Shown piece by piece: positions 1-8,298 of a stretch of 33,915 nucleotides of DNA (position 1 is the first letter of the stretch; every line of letters begins with the position of its first letter). Below the pieces are notes generated by a model. It made no database searches. It was not told the origin of the DNA and saw only the letters and a list, made by a program, of their open reading frames with translations. The DNA lies in the IMG/VR virus record IMGVR_UViG_3300034815_000064, positions 1 to 33,915 of that record, one strand, 5' to 3'. This stretch comes from a virus. Lineage: Duplodnaviria; Caudoviricetes. A program made the position numbers and the translations under genes.

Positions 1-182
1 GGTGCAGTAAAACTACGAGTCGCAGTTAAAGTCCATTCGCCAGCCGATGGTAGGTTGATCGGGCCGTCAAGGTCCAGGTCCCACGTTGATTTGCCAGAAA
101 TAGCGGGACTGACGCCAAATACTCTTGTGCCGCCAATCCGCCCGGTTACAAGTGTGGCAATCAAACATGCGGGGGTTGTCAT
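1..182 (-). CDS. Partial virion/tail-associated protein (runs off the left edge)
   Basis: ATG at 182-180 overlaps the TGA of the tail fibre gene (ATGA). The frame stays open to the window edge: MTTPACLIATLVTGRIGGTRVFGVSPAISGKSTWDLDLDG. Not in the ORF track. Confidence 0.65.
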   Translation of the reverse strand, partial: MTTPACLIATLVTGRIGGTRVFGVSPAISGKSTWDLDLDGPINLPSAGEWTLTATRSFTA

Positions 183-1141
183 GGCGCGACCCCCTTGCTG
201 GCTGAGATAAAAATGCGCGTTGGAGTTTCGACGTAATACCCCAAGTAATCCACCGCTGAACCAACGCCTAGCGTAAGTGCTGGTGCATAAGAACTCCCGC
301 CAGCAAAGACATAGTTACCCGCAAACGTCAGTAGTCGGCTTCCTGTTGCATCTTGAGTTACGGCGATGATGCCGCTTTGCCCAGCTGCCACATTCGTCGG
401 GTTGGCGAGTTGCCGGGTAGCCCCGACGCCGGCAGTAAGCAGCACTTTGAAGTTGTTGCCAAGGGACAAATCCAGCGCAATAGGTGAGGCATCAGTCAGC
501 GTGACGATTGCCCCGGCCTGTCCTTTTGACCAGACATTAACCGTGCTCAATACCCCGGCCAGGGTGGTATAAATCCCGTCGAAATAGGTTTTAAGAGCCG
601 CCTTGAGGTTGAGATAGGTGATCTTGCTCCAGACCGCAAGCGCGCTGTCCCAGAAGCCAAACTCGTCAGCGTCCGTCAAGGCTGACTCTGGCGCCGCGTG
701 TGTTTCCGATCCAGCTGCAGAAGAGGTAACGTAAGCAAACCAGTTGGCCCCCTCGCAAACCACTACCCCCCACGTGCCGGCTGTAAAGGTAATGCTACTC
801 GCCCCGTTAACGGTTTCAGTAGAATACGGATTGAAAACCACATCGTAGTTATCTGCGAATATGATGAAGCTAAATCCGTTTCCGAAACCGGAGGCCGCCG
901 CAACCGTGGCAAGAGTCAGCGCAGCCGTACAGCGTAGAATGGTCGCGTTGTCAGTAAGCGCCACATTATACCCTGCACTCTTCGACTGCACTCTACCAAG
1001 TGCCCCAGCAAAACCTGGAAAGCAGGCTTTCAGTGCCGTCTTCATATTTCTGATGTGGTCATCCCCCTCCGTTCGACTGTCATTCGACACCGGATTCGTC
1101 ACGACCAGATCATTAATAGTTGAAACTGTTTCGAGTCCCAT
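179..1141 (-). CDS. Tail fibre / fibre-like virion protein
   Basis: N-terminus MGLETVSTINDLVVTNPVSNDSRTEGDDHIRNMKTALK is typical of podophage fibre anchors. The body is rich in Ala/Gly/Thr and predicted beta. It lies directly after the adaptor gene. Confidence 0.7.
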   Translation of the reverse strand: MGLETVSTINDLVVTNPVSNDSRTEGDDHIRNMKTALKACFPGFAGALGRVQSKSAGYNVALTDNATILRCTAALTLATVAAASGFGNGFSFIIFADNYDVVFNPYSTETVNGASSITFTAGTWGVVVCEGANWFAYVTSSAAGSETHAAPESALTDADEFGFWDSALAVWSKITYLNLKAALKTYFDGIYTTLAGVLSTVNVWSKGQAGAIVTLTDASPIALDLSLGNNFKVLLTAGVGATRQLANPTNVAAGQSGIIAVTQDATGSRLLTFAGNYVFAGGSSYAPALTLGVGSAVDYLGYYVETPTRIFISASKGVAP

Positions 1142-1773
1142 CAGTCATCTCCCATTTGATACGAGCGGCCCGTGTTGGCCAAGGCTTCGTGCTTAACATA
1201 AAGGCGGTTTCTGGCCGTTTGGGCATCCGCGTGAAAGATCCCCTCAAGGGTTGGGTTTTGCAGATGCTTCGCCATGACCGCGCCAAGTTCAGCAATCACT
1301 AAGTCAGCCGCATACTTCAGCCAAAGGTTCTCAATATTGCTCGTAGGAGATGCGGACTTCGCATAGTATCTCCAACGGTACGAATATGCCAAGTCCGGTG
1401 TCGGGGCAAGCTTTATATAAGAAGCGTTAACCGAATACCCTTTTGTGATTCCTGCTGCTTGATGCTTCTGCTGCAGGATATCCCGGTCGTCCTTTGCAAG
1501 TTTCGTGTATATGTCAGTAGCCGAGGTATCATACAGATACAGAGGGCTCTCTTCGATCTCACCAAGGAAGTCCGCGGGAAGGGCAATATTCGGATTCCCT
1601 ATAACCGCGGTCAGGGTGATCTCCTCACTCTCCAAAAACCACGGGATAAAGGCCCCGGTTCCCTCAAGAATCGTAGCTTGCAGGAGAAGTAATTCTGACT
1701 GCATCCGAGCATCAAGGTCAGTTCTATTGCCGAGTCTCTGAGCAAGCAGCGCAAACACGTCATCACGCAGCAT
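1141..1773 (-). CDS. Head-tail adaptor / tail tubular protein A-like
   Basis: Start re-called to the ATG at 1773 (GGAGGAG RBS at 1781-1787). About 210 aa with LPADF, LAPTPD.AY...YY and NLWL..A.DL patterns typical of podophage adaptor proteins. Position fits. Confidence 0.65.
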   Translation of the reverse strand: MLRDDVFALLAQRLGNRTDLDARMQSELLLLQATILEGTGAFIPWFLESEEITLTAVIGNPNIALPADFLGEIEESPLYLYDTSATDIYTKLAKDDRDILQQKHQAAGITKGYSVNASYIKLAPTPDLAYSYRWRYYAKSASPTSNIENLWLKYAADLVIAELGAVMAKHLQNPTLEGIFHADAQTARNRLYVKHEALANTGRSYQMGDD

Positions 1774-2437
1774 CTTTAATCTCCTCCCGAACAATCTGGC
1801 CGACGACCTCGTGGGTATACTTAAATGTCCCCACGTGCCCGATACGTTTGCTCAGATCGTGATCCACGTAGATCGGGACTCCGGCTTTTTCCAACGCCTC
1901 ACACATATTCCAATCCTCGCCTTGATAGGCGTCGACCTCGGGCTTGTAAGTCATCGCGAAAGCCCCATGTGGGATCTGGTTATAAGCCTTTGCGCTCAGC
2001 AGCATAACCCCAGTTCCGACTCTCCAGACCCGCTCGAGCCCGACAGAGTCCTCGTCTGTGTAAACTGCTTCGCCCTGCGGATCGGCGGACTTCTTTCTTG
2101 CCGTGGTGTTCGCGGGAATTTGCTTGGTCGCAATATTGCAGGCCACGATGTCCTTTCCCCTGGCCACCATCCGATGCAGGAGATCCGGGGGGAAAGTCTG
2201 ATCCGAATCCACGAACAACAAATGTGTCGCCTCGCAGGCCTTCGCAGCCTTGAGAATTTCCAATCGCTGCTTTGGAAGAATACTTCCCTTTACATTAACC
2301 ACGCGTAGTTCGTGCGAAGAGTACCCTGGAATTGCCTTATTCGCAAAGGTCGCAACGAGACTAACAAGACTTGTTCCGAAATCCGCGGTCCAGGAACCCC
2401 CCGAGGGCACACCAACGACTATTCGTAAGTGCGCCAT
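1763..2437 (-). CDS. Glycosyltransferase, GT-A fold (family 2-like)
   Basis: IVVGVPS beta-strand start, THLLFVDSDQTFPPD (DxD motif), VGTGVMLL, GEDWNMC and a C-terminal GHVG. Start re-called at MAHLRIVV. Confidence 0.8.
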   Translation of the reverse strand: MAHLRIVVGVPSGGSWTADFGTSLVSLVATFANKAIPGYSSHELRVVNVKGSILPKQRLEILKAAKACEATHLLFVDSDQTFPPDLLHRMVARGKDIVACNIATKQIPANTTARKKSADPQGEAVYTDEDSVGLERVWRVGTGVMLLSAKAYNQIPHGAFAMTYKPEVDAYQGEDWNMCEALEKAGVPIYVDHDLSKRIGHVGTFKYTHEVVGQIVREEIKDAA

Positions 2438-2438
2438 C

Positions 2439-2723
2439 TCAGTCATCCCCGTCCGCGAAGAACTTTTCGAGTTCCGTAGACCCACTTACGATCTCTGCCT
2501 CGAAATCCCGGAGACTGATAGATGCGGTAGTAACCTTCGGATCATCGAAGGACTCTCGCTGGTCAACCGACTTCACGGTTCCTTTCAAAACGATCCGAAT
2601 CTCGTCCCCGACGGAGACCCCCTTGACTTCCGCTATATCGTCGAAATCGACATAAAGGCTCGGGGAATAAGAACATCCAGCCTCCAGCCCCTTCGCACTT
2701 GAAATCTTAGTCTTCTTTGCCAT
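2439..2723 (-). CDS. Small virion protein, possibly a capsid staple/decoration protein
   Basis: ATG at 2723 with an AAGGAGA RBS. 94 aa, beta-rich, containing VGDEIRIVLKGTVKSV. The function is inferred from resemblance and position only. Confidence 0.5.
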   Translation of the reverse strand: MAKKTKISSAKGLEAGCSYSPSLYVDFDDIAEVKGVSVGDEIRIVLKGTVKSVDQRESFDDPKVTTASISLRDFEAEIVSGSTELEKFFADGDD

Positions 2724-2757
2724 TTGTTTCTCCTTTACCCTTCGGCGGTCTGGTGGT

Positions 2758-4599
2758 TTATCTACGATGTCCAAATGGCCTGTATAGTGGATCACCCATG
2801 CAGTACGTATATATCTGCCCATCTATCTGGTCTAGCAGCATGTAAGCAACCTCACTTAGATTCATGCCATACCAGAGATGCTTTACAAGCCCAGTAGTAG
2901 ACAAAGTACCTGTGGAGAGAGGCTCTGAGCAAGCACCGAAGTAAGCTACGGTGCCATTACGCACTGCTACGTCAGAGCGAGATGGACATACTGATTCTGG
3001 GTCAGCCTCTTTCGCTACGAATGTCCAACCTGCCGTTAGATTAGCTTTCACCGTAGCAGTATTAGCACGTAAAGTTCCACCCGCAGTCAGATCAATCTGC
3101 GCTACAGTAGCAGCCCCTTCTTTCAGAGTAATCAGGCCAGAGCTTACAGTAACGGTTGAACCTGCTACTGTGCTTATAAATGCCCAACTCTGCACGGTAA
3201 TCCCGTTCTTATTCACATACTCCAGCGCTACCTTCGCGTTATAGCACGCTGTCTGAACACGGTTTTTGGGTATGTATGTTCCGAACTCGTAGTCAATGCC
3301 AGCGAGCGGCACTGGATCAACGGGAAGCGACTGGCTAAATAAAGCGAGGGCCCCAGTGCGATATGCAAAATCAGAAACCTGCTCTATCTCTGGGCATTTT
3401 GTATAGTACGAGTCTACCCCTGTGATTCTCAGAAACACATCTGTTAGCGGAACGAATGTCTTGGTAGGCTTTCCGGGAACGAGGGCCGTAGCAGTCGCAG
3501 GCAAATTGTTTGCTGGGAGCGTACCCAAGTATTTAAATGTGCATGTGCCATCAGTAGTCAGCGCACCATAGCCAGAAGTATCCCAAGTTGGCTCAACTGC
3601 TGCCGTAGTGCAGGAAGCTGCCACAGGTTGCACCACCAGATGATTGCCTGTGGCGGTCCGGTGGATGGTTGGCTCTGCTACTGAGGCATTGATAGGGGTA
3701 GATCGACTGATCTTCATCAGGTCAGCAGTCAGCCCATCACAGTACAGATGTTTGTACTTTACCCCACCCATCTCGGCATATACTGGATACGCAGGAGACA
3801 CACAAGCTAAAGCACTAGATTGCGCGTTCAACTCCAAGTCGCAAGAGTTACCCGCGTTATCTAGGTTGTTCCCGGAGATGGCAACGGTTCCGAAATCTGC
3901 ATAGGTCGCTGCCTCCGCTGCTATGGAGTCGTCGATGATGCGCTTCAGGTAGTTCAACTCACTGGGGTTGGCGATACGGGTATCATCGTTTTCGACTGGC
4001 AACACTTCCAACCTAAAGTGAGGAACACAATATCCTGTGATGATGGAATTTAAATAGCCAGTTGCCGGGGGCAATGTAAAATCCCGCAACCTGTTCAAAC
4101 TCTTTGAGCAGCCAAAGTTAGGTTGTAAATACCCTAGTGGGTAACTACTCGAAAAGTAAGCTGCAAACTTCCCCTCCCGGCGCACTGAGTTGTACCTTGT
4201 AGCCGCTGCCTGTGTAAGAAACCACCTGTGGCTAGACAGCACATTGCTCAACAGGGTGATGTTGCCATAAGTCTGCACAGCACTGTTTACCGTCTTGGGA
4301 AACCAGTGGCAGGTTAGGATCACCCGGATAGGGTCTACCAAGTGCGGTCGAAGTTGTGCAAGTAGGTTATTACAATCCGCAGTGGACATGTTTAAACCAT
4401 CTGAAGGTTGCCACGTCATCGTCACAGCCACCACATTCGCAGCCGGTATTCCCCGCCGTTGCTGGTAGTACTCTGCAACTGCTTGCCCGGTAGCGTCCCC
4501 CGCCCGGTACACAACCAGCACCTTCTCGGCAGTAATCCACCGAGTTGCGTTTAGGTCATCCACCACCTGCTTCAGGGGCTTAAATGCTGCTGGCGGCAT
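2758..4599 (-). CDS. TIGR03790-like protein with internal insertions
   Basis: N-terminal VLVVYRAGDATGQAVAEYYQQRRGIPAANVV and C-terminal GTVAYFGACSEP...GMNLSEVAY...MGDPLYRPF match the ends of the TIGR03790 family as I recall it. The start overlaps the upstream stop (TGATG). Confidence 0.65.
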   Translation of the reverse strand: MPPAAFKPLKQVVDDLNATRWITAEKVLVVYRAGDATGQAVAEYYQQRRGIPAANVVAVTMTWQPSDGLNMSTADCNNLLAQLRPHLVDPIRVILTCHWFPKTVNSAVQTYGNITLLSNVLSSHRWFLTQAAATRYNSVRREGKFAAYFSSSYPLGYLQPNFGCSKSLNRLRDFTLPPATGYLNSIITGYCVPHFRLEVLPVENDDTRIANPSELNYLKRIIDDSIAAEAATYADFGTVAISGNNLDNAGNSCDLELNAQSSALACVSPAYPVYAEMGGVKYKHLYCDGLTADLMKISRSTPINASVAEPTIHRTATGNHLVVQPVAASCTTAAVEPTWDTSGYGALTTDGTCTFKYLGTLPANNLPATATALVPGKPTKTFVPLTDVFLRITGVDSYYTKCPEIEQVSDFAYRTGALALFSQSLPVDPVPLAGIDYEFGTYIPKNRVQTACYNAKVALEYVNKNGITVQSWAFISTVAGSTVTVSSGLITLKEGAATVAQIDLTAGGTLRANTATVKANLTAGWTFVAKEADPESVCPSRSDVAVRNGTVAYFGACSEPLSTGTLSTTGLVKHLWYGMNLSEVAYMLLDQIDGQIYTYCMGDPLYRPFGHRR

Positions 4600-5381
4600 C
4601 ACGTACGCCCCCTGAATCCGGGGTAGATGGTTTTATTCATATTTGTACTGGTGTTATTGTGCATCCATCCTAGTGCTGATTTTATCTCTGCTGCCGTAGG
4701 CAATGTACCAAAGTACATAACAGCGATCATAGCCGCACCTAAACCAGCACTTATCAGTGCTGTTTGACTAATCTGAGCTAGCGAAGTGATGGTAGATAAG
4801 TCGCCAGTTGTAGCTCCAGAATTATCTACCAGTAGATCACGGCGATACCATTGAATCCCCGGATTTGTTGATAAATTAAAGGTTACAGCATAGGCCAACC
4901 ATTGCCCCGCAACAGCTACCCCCATAAATGTTCCGGGTACTGCTGTCCCGCCATTATTTATCTTCTGAGTAACAGAAGGGCTGGCTTGGGTATAAAAACC
5001 ATAATTTGCACCTGTTGCTGTTTCGCCTATTTTAACTACAGGAGCGGCGACTGTAGGTTTACCTATCACTAAGACGAGGACTTTCTTGTTTCCGGGAGGT
5101 GCCCACGCTCTGTCTGCCACAGTTAAATTCGCAGAGGTTACTATTGTGCCATCCCCTCTGTTGGTTAATGAGCAAGCGGAAGCGGCACTTAGTTTCAAGC
5201 CAGTTATAGAACAGGTAAGCGTTGCACCGTCAGCAACACTAGCTTCATTGCACTTGAACAGATGTGCTAGTGCTGGGAAATTAGCTTGGGTAGGTGCAAG
5301 CTGTGCTTCTGCGGCCAGCGCAGAATACGGCGTAATGCCACCACTATCTGCGGCTGTGAGGAATAAACTAGGACCGCTCAT
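4599..5381 (-). CDS. Hypothetical beta-rich protein, possibly a LamG/lectin-like virion protein
   Basis: 260-aa ORF tightly packed between its neighbours, rich in Ala/Thr/Gly. The ending AVMYFGTLPTAAEIKS resembles the C-terminus of LamG-like domains. Confidence 0.5.
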   Translation of the reverse strand: MSGPSLFLTAADSGGITPYSALAAEAQLAPTQANFPALAHLFKCNEASVADGATLTCSITGLKLSAASACSLTNRGDGTIVTSANLTVADRAWAPPGNKKVLVLVIGKPTVAAPVVKIGETATGANYGFYTQASPSVTQKINNGGTAVPGTFMGVAVAGQWLAYAVTFNLSTNPGIQWYRRDLLVDNSGATTGDLSTITSLAQISQTALISAGLGAAMIAVMYFGTLPTAAEIKSALGWMHNNTSTNMNKTIYPGFRGRT

Positions 5382-5382
5382 G

Positions 5383-5811
5383 TTACACCGCCACTACGTG
5401 CAGTGCAGTGTCAGCGCCAACGGGTAGGACTGCAATCTTGGTAACTCCTGCCGTCAACTTGCGGGTAAATTTCTGCCCCGGAAGCAACCAGTCGTACTGT
5501 ACATCGGTGGAGAGCGTTCCTGCATCTGCAAGCCAAGCGGCAGCTTCCGTTGTATCGGTAGGTCCATACACTACAAGCACCCGGGTTAACGAACCCGTAG
5601 CAGGAACAGTGAAGTCAAACTGCTTTGCTGCCGTAGTGAATGTGATGAAGTTTGTTGCTGCCGCATAAATGGCAGTGGCTGCTGGAATATTGCGGATTTG
5701 AGCTTGCCCAGCTTCGGACATGGTGACACACGCCTTGCCGTCGATGCTCTTCTGATCCTCAAACGGATCAGAACCGTCTGAAGGGGCTGTTGCTTTCTTA
5801 AGTCTTGCCAT
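5383..5811 (-). CDS. Hypothetical protein, candidate head decoration protein
   Basis: AAGGAGA RBS, 142 aa, first gene after the major capsid gene. Confidence 0.55.
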   Translation of the reverse strand: MARLKKATAPSDGSDPFEDQKSIDGKACVTMSEAGQAQIRNIPAATAIYAAATNFITFTTAAKQFDFTVPATGSLTRVLVVYGPTDTTEAAAWLADAGTLSTDVQYDWLLPGQKFTRKLTAGVTKIAVLPVGADTALHVVAV

Positions 5812-5854
5812 GATACTATCTCCTTAACATGCGTCCAAAGGCGGAAGAAATAAG

Positions 5855-5883
5855 AGGCGGAATAATTTAGAATTACCCCGCCC
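5855..5883. repeat. 29-bp palindromic element, copy 1 (probably also the terminator after the capsid gene)
   Basis: AGGCGGAATAA-TTTAGAA-TTACCCCGCCC. On the minus strand it forms a GC stem with G-U pairs followed by TCTTATTTCTT. Confidence 0.8.
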
Positions 5884-5914
5884 CCAAACTTCCCTTTTCC
5901 TACTAACCCCTCGC

Positions 5915-7117
5915 TTAAACCACGAAGTTACTCAGCCAAGCCATCGTTTTCAGATGCTGGATTTCCACGCCGACTTCCGACAGCCACTGACCCTTGGTCT
6001 CATCCGCATCTGGAGACTGGATGTTATCCTTGAAGGTCGTATCGCGCATCGGACGGTACTTCATCGCAGAAGGATCGATCAGCACCATGTCGTTTTTGAA
6101 GCGGCTGTGGGTGTTGAACAACGGATGCGACTTGATCAGCAGCGTACCCTGAGGCAGAACCCAGCGCTGGAGCTTCATACCGTAGACGTCCACGATACCA
6201 TCGAAGTTCACGCGTGTCCGACTTTGCGAAGCAGCCAAACGGTTCAGACTGTTCAGCGCGCCGTTGCCGGCAAACACAATCCGCTCATCGCCACCGCCGC
6301 TGTCATAGTCAAACACCTTGTAAACCGCATCGGTGAAGGACGTTTCCGTCGGCGTAGTCGTAAAGGCCGTAATCATACTCGATGCATACTGCGACATCAT
6401 GTAGAGCAAACCGCCGGTCGTGCGCATCGGCTTACCGTTCGCCCCAGTGCCTTCCCAGCGCTTACCAAACAAGAAGGCCATTTCCATGGCCACGGAGTGA
6501 TCGAACATTTTCCGCTTCTTGTCATTCTTCATCGGGTCGCCGGTGCGGGCCTTTGTGCCCTTGGCCGTATTGGTCAGGTCATACACGGTCTTGAAGATCT
6601 GCACATAATTGTACAGTTTGGTCGGGTTACGACTGGAGGCCGATGGGGCACCAGTACCCTCCGCAAACACATTGCCAATCTTCGTCAGGGTGGCGCCATG
6701 CAACAGGGGCGCGGCCGTTGTGCCGCAAGACGCGCGAACCAGAACAATGGTCGAGGAATCCGTAATGCTGGACACGATCACGACTTCATTATCATAGGCC
6801 GTGGTCAACGCTTTTTCCACCAGGAACACGTCGCCTGCAACAGCATCTTGCGCAGTCGTTACATTGGAAGTCACCACTACTGAGGTATCAGTCGTGGAGT
6901 AGCCCGTCGTGAAGTTCACGGTAAAACGCAGAGCATTCAGTTCTTCTTCCCACCAAGAAAATTCAGGATCGTTCACCGATTCCGTTGCCATCTTAGACAT
7001 CAGGGCGGTCAACGGCGCTTGCCCGTTTGGCGCCCGCCAGAGGATCATTTCACGAAAGTTCTTCGGACGTTCATCCGTCCCCCAGTCACCAGTACCTCTC
7101 AAACCTGCTACAGCCAT
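5915..7117 (-). CDS. Major capsid protein (DUF5309/SU10-like, HK97 fold)
   Basis: 400 aa, AAGGAG RBS, immediately after the scaffold gene. Motifs FSWWEE, NYVQIFKT, EMAFLFG, RTTGGL and KGQWLSEVGVE fit this capsid family. Confidence 0.9.
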   Translation of the reverse strand: MAVAGLRGTGDWGTDERPKNFREMILWRAPNGQAPLTALMSKMATESVNDPEFSWWEEELNALRFTVNFTTGYSTTDTSVVVTSNVTTAQDAVAGDVFLVEKALTTAYDNEVVIVSSITDSSTIVLVRASCGTTAAPLLHGATLTKIGNVFAEGTGAPSASSRNPTKLYNYVQIFKTVYDLTNTAKGTKARTGDPMKNDKKRKMFDHSVAMEMAFLFGKRWEGTGANGKPMRTTGGLLYMMSQYASSMITAFTTTPTETSFTDAVYKVFDYDSGGGDERIVFAGNGALNSLNRLAASQSRTRVNFDGIVDVYGMKLQRWVLPQGTLLIKSHPLFNTHSRFKNDMVLIDPSAMKYRPMRDTTFKDNIQSPDADETKGQWLSEVGVEIQHLKTMAWLSNFVV

Positions 7118-7139
7118 GATTCTACTCCTTCAACGAGTT

Positions 7140-8015
7140 TTACTCGATAAATTCGTTGGCCAGTTGCGCCCACTCGTTCGTTTCGACTCCGGCCTGCGGA
7201 ATCGCACCAGCAGCGCCTCGTGCTGGCGTAAACGGGCGACCTTGCGCGGCAGGTGCCGCTGAAGCCGCAGGGGGGGCCTCGACCGAACCAGTCGGCGGCA
7301 ACCCCATAGACACTCTGACCAACTCTCCGATTTTCTTCACCGCGTCCTCACGCTTCGCACCGGGATTCATCTGCCGGTACATCGCCCCAACCTGTAGGAT
7401 CGCCGCCTCATAAGCAGGATCTTTCAAATCCGGATTCGCAGAGTAGAACGCGTTTTTTGCCTCCGCTTCAGTCGTTGTCATCGTCTGATGCTGTTGAATG
7501 ATCTGCGGCACAATGCTCTGTACCGAGTTCAACACCGCCTTGGTAATACGCATGTGAAGCGTCGCGGCAAGTTTCGGAAGCGTCTTCTCGGGCTCAGTCA
7601 TGAAGGCGGTTTGCTCTTCCTCACTCAGCTGATACAACGATTCCAACTTTCCGTGTTGCTCCTTTTCCCAGGCCTCAACATCAAACGGTTCCTCAACCTT
7701 AGCGGCTGGCTGCTCCGTAACTGGCTGTGCGGCGGGGGCGGCTGCTGGTGCAGGTTCCCCAACCTTGGGTTCTGCCGCAGGAGTTGTGGGTGCAGCCGCT
7801 AGAGCAGGAGCCTCAAGGGTTGAAGCAAACCCCTCAGGCGCCGCGCCAGCATCTACAACCTCAACGTCTCCTTCGACATTCAAACCCTCAGCATCGGAAA
7901 GGACTTCATTCGCAAGTCCTTCCCAATTAACAGAAGCCTCAGCTTCTGCGGGCTCAGGGAGCGCTGCGGGGGCCTCCACTGGTTTCGCTGTTTCCGTCGT
8001 CTGTTCGTTCGGCAT
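7140..8015 (-). CDS. Capsid scaffolding protein
   Basis: Acidic Ala/Pro/Glu-rich low-complexity N-half with a helical C-half, between portal and capsid. AAGGAGA RBS before the ATG at 8015. Confidence 0.75.
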   Translation of the reverse strand: MPNEQTTETAKPVEAPAALPEPAEAEASVNWEGLANEVLSDAEGLNVEGDVEVVDAGAAPEGFASTLEAPALAAAPTTPAAEPKVGEPAPAAAPAAQPVTEQPAAKVEEPFDVEAWEKEQHGKLESLYQLSEEEQTAFMTEPEKTLPKLAATLHMRITKAVLNSVQSIVPQIIQQHQTMTTTEAEAKNAFYSANPDLKDPAYEAAILQVGAMYRQMNPGAKREDAVKKIGELVRVSMGLPPTGSVEAPPAASAAPAAQGRPFTPARGAAGAIPQAGVETNEWAQLANEFIE

Positions 8016-8298
8016 TTTCAAGTCTCCTTAGATTAAGCAAGTTCATTTCACACATTTCAATCTCGGCCTCGACAACGGTCGAGATACTTAAACGACCTTC
8101 TATCTGTCCCTTTTTATACTCTTGGGAGAAGGCGCTGTCAACACTGGAACAAGGGGTAAATAAGACCTCCCTTTGCAAGGCGTCGACTTGTTGCTGCACG
8201 ATCCCCTGGACTCGCGCCCAGCCGGGAGACTCGAGGAATTGCTCGAGCTCCCGTTTCAGCGACAGGTTTGAAGAGATCTCCGCTTGGAGATTTTCCAT
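7954..8298 (-). CDS. Small helical protein between portal and scaffold
   Basis: Start is coupled to the portal stop (TAATG). Contains FLESPGWARV...EYKKGQIEG, a common post-portal gene type. Confidence 0.65.
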   Translation of the reverse strand: MENLQAEISSNLSLKRELEQFLESPGWARVQGIVQQQVDALQREVLFTPCSSVDSAFSQEYKKGQIEGRLSISTVVEAEIEMCEMNLLNLRRLENAERTDDGNSETSGGPRSAP

